Notes under the pieces: generated by a model | Told to the model about the DNA's origin: nothing | Databases searched by the model: none | Seen by the model: the letters and a program-made list of their open reading frames with translations, nothing else | Shown here: piece after piece, positions 57,180 through 64,000 of the stretch | How the letters are laid out: each line of letters opens with the position of its first letter | Numbering within the stretch: the first letter of the stretch is position 1 | Source of the DNA: a virus | Taxonomy: Duplodnaviria > Caudoviricetes | Reading direction: 5' to 3' (one strand) | IMG/VR virus record: IMGVR_UViG_3300020412_000001 | Location: 6,062 to 70,061 of that record | DNA length: 64,000 nt | Made by a program: the position numbers and the translations under genes

Positions 57180-57908
57180 GTTTATATCCACTACATTCAA
57201 TATCATTATACAATCATCTAGCATAATAACATCATCATCAAAATTCTTGTTAAGACTGTGTATCGTAATGCAACCATTCTCCGTATCGTGAGCAATGATC
57301 TCTTTAACCAGAATACCTTCCTTATGTACAATAATGTAATTCTTAAACTTATGGATATGAAACTTATTTCGCCATAAAGATTTATCAATAACACGACCAG
57401 TAATAATATCGCCTTGTTCTATGGTATTCTTTGTACCATCATCCATACTATCCCCAATAACCTTAAACGCATAATAATCACCTTTATGGTATTGGTTAAC
57501 AGTTACAAAGTGATATGGTAATTGCATCATTTCATCCGCATCTGCAAATCCAGAAATAAATCCTGCTTGCGCTGTTTGATCCACAAAAGGCACAGCCATA
57601 AGCTTTCGGCCATCCTCTAATTCAATAAATCTGTTACCACCGTGTTCACTTGTTTTTTCTTTAAACAAATTCACGATATTGCTCTCATATTTGTTACGGT
57701 ACATAGCACCCTTTCCTGTTAACAACCAGTCCTTTGAAACGTTAAAGAAATCACAAATCGTATTAAGGGTTTTTTCGTTAGGTTTAGCACCTTTGTTAAT
57801 AATACGCCCTATACTCGCATTATTTGTACCCGTTTTCTTACAAAAAGCGTATACGGTTAAGCCTTTGTTTTCTAGCAACTTAGACAGCCTTTCACCGATT
57901 TTTTCCAT
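57168..57908 (-). CDS. CI/LexA-like repressor (HTH + S24 peptidase, 246 aa)
   Basis: Start re-assigned to MEKIGERL at 57908; HTH, AQAG cleavage site, GDSM catalytic Ser, LVKE catalytic Lys. Confidence 0.85.
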   Translation of the reverse strand: MEKIGERLSKLLENKGLTVYAFCKKTGTNNASIGRIINKGAKPNEKTLNTICDFFNVSKDWLLTGKGAMYRNKYESNIVNLFKEKTSEHGGNRFIELEDGRKLMAVPFVDQTAQAGFISGFADADEMMQLPYHFVTVNQYHKGDYYAFKVIGDSMDDGTKNTIEQGDIITGRVIDKSLWRNKFHIHKFKNYIIVHKEGILVKEIIAHDTENGCITIHSLNKNFDDDVIMLDDCIMILNVVDINKKP

Positions 57909-57945
57909 TTTTATTTGATTTTTATGTTGAAAATGTTTTGTTTTT

Positions 57946-57983
57946 ATGTTACAAATACTATCTTTGGTAACATATTGTGACAT
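57946..57983. promoter_or_regulatory. Rightward lytic promoter bracketed by operator-like half sites
   Basis: ATGTTAC (57946) - TATCTTTG (57959-57966) - GTAACAT (57967), plus GTGACAT (57977). Confidence 0.5.
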
Positions 57984-58035
57984 AAAAGTACAATAAGAAA
58001 CATTAACACAACAACAACAATTAAACTTTAACATT

Positions 58036-58305
58036 TTGTTACACAAATCTTCAGACGTAACTAAAGATTGGGTAGATGAAAACATACATTTGTTTCCCTT
58101 ATACTTCCCAAAGCTTTATGAAGAAAGCGTCATCACCAAGCACGATCCTTATCAATTATTAGACTGTATGCGAAAATTTGAGCATACCTATGGCGAAACT
58201 ATTTTCTCCATTAATGAGAATGGTAAGATTTACCTAGCCAACCACGCTTATCTTACACATAAGCAAGATACCCTTAATGGTATTTCAAAATGGCTTAACA
58301 AATAA
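58036..58305 (+). CDS. Hypothetical protein
   Basis: First ORF after the rightward promoter (TTG start). Confidence 0.45.
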   Translation: MLHKSSDVTKDWVDENIHLFPLYFPKLYEESVITKHDPYQLLDCMRKFEHTYGETIFSINENGKIYLANHAYLTHKQDTLNGISKWLNK

Positions 58306-58309
58306 GAAT

Positions 58310-58570
58310 ATGGAATTTGTAGAGGTAAACGACAAGTTCATTAAACTCATTCAAGAGATTGTAAGAGATACTATTGTTAACGTAATGCAACAGCCCCAAG
58401 CAGACAACAACAACGGTATATACTCCACTACGCAAGTAGCCAAGATACTTAATGTAAAACCCACAACCGTTACTAAACGCATAAGGGAAGGCAAGCTAGT
58501 AGCTACCAAAAAAGGTAAAAGCTACATCATTACAGAAGACAACTTAACAACATATATCAATGACAATTAA
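58310..58570 (+). CDS. Excisionase-like HTH protein
   Basis: YSTTQVAKILNVKPTTVTKRIREGKLVATKKGKSYII. Confidence 0.75.
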   Translation: MEFVEVNDKFIKLIQEIVRDTIVNVMQQPQADNNNGIYSTTQVAKILNVKPTTVTKRIREGKLVATKKGKSYIITEDNLTTYINDN

Positions 58571-58832
58571 AAGATTTTATTACGCAGAGAAGTTTAGTGA
58601 ATTAGAACCAATTGCCCTACACCTCGAAACATTAGGCTTTAAAGAATTAGATCCGTGTATAGACGAGTTTAGCCATAACTCACAAAAATTATACATAGAC
58701 ACAAAAAAGAAACAATTCTGGTATATCGATGAAGCTGTGCTAGACCAAAACAAACAACTTATAGACGCTGTTTACAACCTTAATCATAGAGCAATTAACC
58801 TTAAACAAATACAACAATGGCAATTAGCTTAA
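58560..58832 (+). CDS. Hypothetical protein
   Basis: 90-aa coupled ORF. Confidence 0.55.
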   Translation: MTIKRFYYAEKFSELEPIALHLETLGFKELDPCIDEFSHNSQKLYIDTKKKQFWYIDEAVLDQNKQLIDAVYNLNHRAINLKQIQQWQLA

Positions 58833-59434
58833 CACTCATCGAAAAACTTAGCCAGATACAATCTGAACTAAGTGTACCAAAATCACAATACAATAAATTT
58901 GGTAAGTATTATTACAGAAGTGCAGAAGATATTTTAGATGCCGTTAAACCTCATTTAAAAAAACACGATTGTACGTTAACTATAAGTGACAAGATCATAT
59001 ACCTAGAAGGCCGTCACTATGTAGAGGCTACGGCTATACTTTCAGACAAGAAGGAACATATTACCGTAACAGCTTCAGCAAGGGAAGAAGAAAATAAAAA
59101 GGGAATGGATGGCGCACAGGTTACTGGCTCAACATCATCATATTCCAGGAAGTATGCACTTAACGGCTTGTTTTGTATAGACGACACTAAAGATCCAGAC
59201 AACACCAACAAACACGAAAAAACCCCAACCAATAATACAGCTACACCTAAAAACAACACGCCAGAGCAACAAACAAAATGGCTTACAGAAGAGAACTACA
59301 AGAAAGTACTTAATGTAAAAGATGCTAAAAAGGTAAAGGCGACTATTGATATGTATTCAAAAGCACCTTATGCTATGAAAAAAGAATACAGAGCAGAAAT
59401 TACAAAGCACTTAGAATCATTAACTAAAAAATAA
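58817..59434 (+). CDS. erf: ERF-family ssDNA annealing protein
   Basis: QSELSVPKSQYNKFGKYYYRSAEDIL...AQVTGSTSSYSRKYALNGLFCIDD. Confidence 0.85.
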   Translation: MAISLTLIEKLSQIQSELSVPKSQYNKFGKYYYRSAEDILDAVKPHLKKHDCTLTISDKIIYLEGRHYVEATAILSDKKEHITVTASAREEENKKGMDGAQVTGSTSSYSRKYALNGLFCIDDTKDPDNTNKHEKTPTNNTATPKNNTPEQQTKWLTEENYKKVLNVKDAKKVKATIDMYSKAPYAMKKEYRAEITKHLESLTKK

Positions 59435-59438
59435 AACA

Positions 59439-59903
59439 ATGGGGAAATCTAAAGAACAATTTTTAGCATTACGAGAATTAGAGAATCTAACCTACGATTA
59501 CACCTTCACTAAAAAGGAAGCAAAATCACAAGGCGTAAAGACAGCAAAAGATATTATCGAGCGTGCAGAAAAAGATCCATTCGAAGTACTATCCAATGTT
59601 GTAAGACTTAAGGAGTTTATAAATGCTTTTGAAGCAGAGTTTAAGAAAGCAGATGCTTTTGAGCAGATAGATAAGAATTACAATAAGAACGGTGTAGAGT
59701 TTAGCACACGTAATTCTGGAGATCGCCTGGACTATGAAAAAGATGTTGTCTACAAAGACCTTAAAAAACAATTAGATGATAGGACGGCATTATTAAAACT
59801 TGCCTATAAATCTAAAGATGTTATTTACGATAGTGAAGGCGCAGACGTTCCTAAAGTACCAATTAAGACACACGGTAAAAACTCATTGGTAATTACATTC
59901 TAA
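59439..59903 (+). CDS. Hypothetical protein
   Basis: 154-aa ORF in the recombination block. Confidence 0.6.
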   Translation: MGKSKEQFLALRELENLTYDYTFTKKEAKSQGVKTAKDIIERAEKDPFEVLSNVVRLKEFINAFEAEFKKADAFEQIDKNYNKNGVEFSTRNSGDRLDYEKDVVYKDLKKQLDDRTALLKLAYKSKDVIYDSEGADVPKVPIKTHGKNSLVITF

Positions 59904-60338
59904 TTGAAATCCATTAACATCATATCACAAGTAAGCAATGGTAACTTAACACGTAACAGAACACGCATAAAAGATGCCATTGCAACATTTGAAGGTAAAG
60001 ATGTAAGCATTACCATTAAGAAGAAACGCAAGACACGTTCCAATAGTCAAAATCAATATTATTGGGGTGTTGTTTTAGAACTCACGATTGATGCTATAAA
60101 GAAAGAATGGGGAGAAATATGGGATAAAGATAACGCACACGAGTTTCTTAAATCCAGATTCCTGTATTACGAGAAATACAATGATAACACAGGAGAAATT
60201 ATTAAAACCCCAAAATCGACAACAGAATGTAGCACCGTAGAGTATGAAGAATACCTATCACAATGCAGACAATTTTTAAAGGAATGGTTTAATACAGACA
60301 TACCATTACCAAACGAAGAAATCACACTTAATTTTTAA
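59904..60338 (+). CDS. NinB-like protein
   Basis: RSNSQNQYYWGVV...HEFLK...STT...EYEEY pattern. Confidence 0.55.
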   Translation: MKSINIISQVSNGNLTRNRTRIKDAIATFEGKDVSITIKKKRKTRSNSQNQYYWGVVLELTIDAIKKEWGEIWDKDNAHEFLKSRFLYYEKYNDNTGEIIKTPKSTTECSTVEYEEYLSQCRQFLKEWFNTDIPLPNEEITLNF

Positions 60339-60349
60339 ATACAATCACA

Positions 60350-60757
60350 ATGAGTACACTAAACAAAGTCATCCTTATAGGAAACCTTGGTAATGACGTA
60401 GACACACATACGTTTGACAATGGCGGTAAAATTTCAAAATTCCCTATTGCAACTTCAGAAACATACACCAATAAATCTGGAGAGAAAGTTACCAATACAG
60501 AATGGCATAACATCGTAGTAAAAGGTAAAAGCGCAGATATTTGTGAACAATACCTAAGCAAAGGCGATAAAGTCCTTATCGAAGGAAAAATTACCACACG
60601 TAAATGGCAAGACAAAGACGGCAACGATAGGTACAACACAGATATTGAAACCTACAACGTTACTTTTATGAGTACAAAAGGAGACAACGCATCACCACAA
60701 ACACACGATGCTGTTCCTCTTGCTTCAGATGACTCAAATGATGACCTGCCGTTTTAA
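60350..60757 (+). CDS. ssb: Single-stranded DNA-binding protein
   Basis: LNKVILIGNLG, TEWHNIV, KGDKVLIEG, C-terminal DDLPF. Confidence 0.95.
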   Translation: MSTLNKVILIGNLGNDVDTHTFDNGGKISKFPIATSETYTNKSGEKVTNTEWHNIVVKGKSADICEQYLSKGDKVLIEGKITTRKWQDKDGNDRYNTDIETYNVTFMSTKGDNASPQTHDAVPLASDDSNDDLPF

Positions 60758-60781
60758 CAAGTCCTTAACAATCAACAACTT

Positions 60782-60816
60782 AAGTGAGTTTGATTTATAT
60801 TAAACTCACTTTTTTA
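60782..60816 (+). terminator. Intrinsic terminator after ssb
   Basis: AAGTGAGTTT...AAACTCACTT followed by T run. Confidence 0.7.
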
Positions 60817-60839
60817 ACCATAAAATACACGCATTAAAA

Positions 60840-61373
60840 ATGAAAAAAAAGACACCAGTAGTAATAAGAAGTAGTTATATTTTCGACTTAGTTTCAGACC
60901 ACTTCCATAAGAACATTAAAGTAAGAACAAGAGAAGGACAATTCCCAGAGTTAAGAGGTTTGGCAAATTACCTTTGTAAAAAACACACCAAAGATTCCTT
61001 AGCTAAAATAGGATCTAACTATGGCGCAGACCACGCTACGGTAATTCATTCTATAAAGAAGTTTAATGAAACTTATCTACCTTCAGAACCTTACTTACAA
61101 CGTTCTGTAAATATCCTAAACAACATTATAGATAATTGGAAGACTAGAGAAACTACAATAGATACAGAAATCTTAAACAGATTGTTGTTAGACAAAGAGC
61201 GCGAAGCATACTTAGCAAAACAAGAGGTTACAAAGATTGAGCGCAAATACAAAGCACTACAAAAGAAAACACCATTAAAGCTTAACAGAGTACAAAAGCT
61301 ATTGGCAGACATACCAGAAGAAAAAATGGAACGTGCAGAATTTAGAATAAAAGCGATGTTAACTATGCTCTAG
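60840..61373 (+). CDS. DnaA C-terminal (domain IV)-like HTH protein
   Basis: RGLANYLCKKHT..SLAKIG..YG.DHATVIHSIKK. Confidence 0.7.
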   Translation: MKKKTPVVIRSSYIFDLVSDHFHKNIKVRTREGQFPELRGLANYLCKKHTKDSLAKIGSNYGADHATVIHSIKKFNETYLPSEPYLQRSVNILNNIIDNWKTRETTIDTEILNRLLLDKEREAYLAKQEVTKIERKYKALQKKTPLKLNRVQKLLADIPEEKMERAEFRIKAMLTML

Positions 61374-61421
61374 TTAGTATAATTTAATTACATTTAAACA
61401 CAACAATTTAATACTTAAAAG

Positions 61422-62363
61422 ATGGCTAGACCTAAAAAAAACAATGTAGAGTACTTTCCACACACCGTATCTCACGGCAAGAAGATGAGTTACATAGAAA
61501 AGAAATACAAGAATGACGGTTATGCAGTTTGGTTTAAACTTTTAGAAGAATTAGGAGATGCACAAGACCATTATTTAGACCTTAATGACGACATACAAAT
61601 TATGTTCCTTTCAGACAGATGTATGGTGTCAGAAGAGACTCTAATTAACATAATTCAAGACCTTATAAAACTCAAAGAATTTGACCAAGAATTATGGGAA
61701 AATTACAAGGTTTTATTCAATGAAAAATTCACCGAAAGCATAGCAGATGCTTATAAAAAAAGAAATAATAATTGCATCACCCTAAAAAAGTTAAAGGAGA
61801 GTTTATCGAGTTTAAGTAACCCTAAACCTAGTTTAAGTAACCCTAAACCCCAGTTTACGGAACTTAAAGGTGGCAGAAACACACAAAGTAAAGTAAAGAA
61901 GAGTAAAGTAAAGGAAAGTAAAGAAGATTTAATAGAAAAAAAAGAAGAAGCGCACGAGGAAATTTCAAGAGGTGTTTTCTATGAAATTTCAGTACTAAAA
62001 AACCATTATCTCAACAGCCAAAAAATTGTGAAGGCAGTCTTGGAAAATGAAACGTTCAAATTCCAGAATATCGAACATCTAAAATCTCGGTTAGAACAAT
62101 TTTCAAATCACCTTGTCGAGAATGGAGAACATTCAAAATCCTGGTTTGGGCAAGAAGGCTTTCCATCACACTTCAAACATTGGCATTTAAAAACCAAAGA
62201 AATCCAAGTTAAAAAAGCCTTGACAGAGAAAAATTACAAATTCGCTTGGGATGGCCAACCACCACGATGGGGAACAGAACAAGAATATCTTGGTTTCAAG
62301 AAAAACTACGAGCAGTTTAATTTCAAAACTATAAAATCTCCCAAAACAGAAAACGCATATTAA
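61422..62363 (+). CDS. Replication initiator (DUF4373/Lin1244-like)
   Basis: MARPKKNNVEYFPH...GYAVWFKLLEEL N-terminus; internal tandem repeats; precedes primase-helicase. Confidence 0.65.
   Translation: MARPKKNNVEYFPHTVSHGKKMSYIEKKYKNDGYAVWFKLLEELGDAQDHYLDLNDDIQIMFLSDRCMVSEETLINIIQDLIKLKEFDQELWENYKVLFNEKFTESIADAYKKRNNNCITLKKLKESLSSLSNPKPSLSNPKPQFTELKGGRNTQSKVKKSKVKESKEDLIEKKEEAHEEISRGVFYEISVLKNHYLNSQKIVKAVLENETFKFQNIEHLKSRLEQFSNHLVENGEHSKSWFGQEGFPSHFKHWHLKTKEIQVKKALTEKNYKFAWDGQPPRWGTEQEYLGFKKNYEQFNFKTIKSPKTENAY
61809..61849. repeat. Iteron-like tandem repeats in the initiator gene
   Basis: AGTTTAAGTAACCCTAAACC at 61809 and 61830, degenerate third copy from 61852. Confidence 0.65.
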
Positions 62364-62508
62364 GCAACTTTAAGAGCGTTAAAATTTTGAGTGGACACAT
62401 TATATAGAAATTAACAGAAACTCTTTCTATTTTAATATAAACCGCCTTAAATCGCATTTAACACAACAATTTAAAACGAACATTGATGAAAAACTTAAAA
62501 AATCACAA

Positions 62509-64000
62509 ATGTCTGCACTAGAAATAAACGGATTCCCGATTGATGAATATAATATTTACAAGTTCCCTCAAGACACAAAAAAACATACGTGTCCGTTATG
62601 TTCAGAACAGCGTAAAAAGAAGAATGATAAGTGTTTAACTATTTTTTGGGATACTGGTTTAGCATACTGCAACCATTGTGGCGAAACACTACAACTACAC
62701 ACCTACAAAAGAAAAAACCAAGAGAAAGAATATTCACTACCACCAAAACAAGAATTTCAATATCAATATTCAGAGAATCTTATCAAATGGTTCAAGGACA
62801 TTAGAGGGATTTCAAAAGCAACATTAGAGCATTTTAAAGTTACCGAAGGCAAAGAATATATGCCACAGGTTAACAAAGAAGCTAACGTCATAAAATTTAA
62901 TTATTTCATAGATAAAAATCTTATAAATATTAAATTCAGAGATGGTGCTAAAAACTTCAAACTCTACAAAGGTGCAGAGAAAATTATGTACAATCTCAAC
63001 GCTATAAGACACAGTAGTGAATGTGTTATTGTGGAAGGCGAGATAGATGTATTATCGTGTTATGAATCTGGTTATAATCACAGTACAAGCGTACCAAATG
63101 GCTTTAATCTTAAAGGTGAATTGAACCTAGATTACATTACCAATTGCTATGAGTTTTTTGAGAACAAAGAGCGTATCATTTTAGCGGTTGATAATGACGA
63201 TGCAGGTAAAAAAGGAGAAAAAGAATTAGCAAGGCGTTTTGGTGCAGAAAAAATATGGTTGGTAGATTTTGAAGACTGTAAAGATGCTAATGAGTATATG
63301 CTTAAGCACGGCAAAATAAAATTGCTAGAAAAACTTCAAAACCCTAAGCCCTACCCTTTAGAAAATGTAACCACGATTGATGATAATTGGGATCAACTTA
63401 CAGGTTTCTGGAAGAATGGCGCACCAAAAGGAATGACCATTGGCCTAGAAAACCAAGACAACGCCATTAGTTTCGATTGGAAACAATACACGCTAATGTT
63501 ATCTGCACCTGGTTCTGGAAAATCTGAAAAGCTAGATGATATTGTAGCTAGATTAATACACAGATACAATGTAAAAGTAGCTTATTGTAGTGTGGAGAAT
63601 GAACCGCATTACATTCACTACAACAAGATATTCAGAAAGATTTACGGTAGGACACCTAACCCAAACGAGATAGATTCAGAATACGTTTCAAAAACAAAAG
63701 AATTTATAAAAGATAATATATGCCACGTAAGTTTCGAGAAACGCTATGAGTTAAAAGCGGTACTTCAAAAGTTTGAAGAGTTGGTAAAGCGTAAAGGCGT
63801 AAGAGTATTTGTGTTAGATCCGTTCAACAAGATTAAAAACGATGGCGTGGCACAAAGTGATGTAAACCTTTATACCAATGAATATCATATGCTTATAGAT
63901 GAGTTTGTAAAGAAGACACAAAGCCATTTATTCCTTGTGCTACACCCAACAAAATTGCAGACAAAAGAAGGCAGTACAAAAACCTACATAATGCCAACCG
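62509..64000 (+). CDS. Primase-helicase (T7 gp4/Twinkle-like), partial
   Basis: Missing from the ORF track (runs off the edge). Hand translation gives Zn finger CPLC...CNHC, TOPRIM IVEGEIDVLS and LAVDNDDAG, Walker A SAPGSGKS. Confidence 0.85.
   Translation, partial: MSALEINGFPIDEYNIYKFPQDTKKHTCPLCSEQRKKKNDKCLTIFWDTGLAYCNHCGETLQLHTYKRKNQEKEYSLPPKQEFQYQYSENLIKWFKDIRGISKATLEHFKVTEGKEYMPQVNKEANVIKFNYFIDKNLINIKFRDGAKNFKLYKGAEKIMYNLNAIRHSSECVIVEGEIDVLSCYESGYNHSTSVPNGFNLKGELNLDYITNCYEFFENKERIILAVDNDDAGKKGEKELARRFGAEKIWLVDFEDCKDANEYMLKHGKIKLLEKLQNPKPYPLENVTTIDDNWDQLTGFWKNGAPKGMTIGLENQDNAISFDWKQYTLMLSAPGSGKSEKLDDIVARLIHRYNVKVAYCSVENEPHYIHYNKIFRKIYGRTPNPNEIDSEYVSKTKEFIKDNICHVSFEKRYELKAVLQKFEELVKRKGVRVFVLDPFNKIKNDGVAQSDVNLYTNEYHMLIDEFVKKTQSHLFLVLHPTKLQTKEGSTKTYIMPT

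Noticed and set aside
1-64000. Stop-codon reassignment as in some crAss-like phages
   Set aside because: Large genes are intact under code 11 and coding density is high; the single TAA at 15153 is isolated.

Overview
64 kb of an AT-rich temperate podovirus-like phage of a Bacteroidota (probably Flavobacteriaceae) host; the host is inferred from TAnnTTTG promoters, absence of Shine-Dalgarno sites and gene content. The attP looks intact, so this is probably the free or circular phage form. Left part (1-35.5 kb, minus strand): virion and lysis module with ejection proteins, nozzle, ring/adaptor proteins, major capsid, scaffold, portal, large terminase with a LAGLIDADG intein, metallophosphoesterase, spanin/holin candidates, tail fibre and GH19-like endolysin. 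Two plus-strand accessory islands interrupt it. 35.6-43.1 kb: leftward middle genes (GroES, DUF5664-HAD nucleotide hydrolase, RuvC-like, MazG-like). 43.1-44.4 kb: non-coding divergence region with repeats. 44.4-50 kb: small early genes sharing an ACAACAATTTAAA...AAGATG leader. Main finding, 50.1-54.7 kb: an integron-like gene-cassette array. It has eight imperfect hairpin sites (AACG-N4-5-arm...arm-N2-3-GTT) separating eight bodies whose own two ends are inverted complements, an attI-like half site, and an intact 266-aa tyrosine recombinase without the IntI-specific insertion. Next come attP (tRNA 3' end core, five 11-bp arm repeats), the prophage integrase, XRE/CI repressors, and recombination and replication genes (ERF, NinB-like, SSB, initiator with tandem repeats, primase-helicase running off the right edge). 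All family assignments come from motif recognition by eye; no database searches were run.
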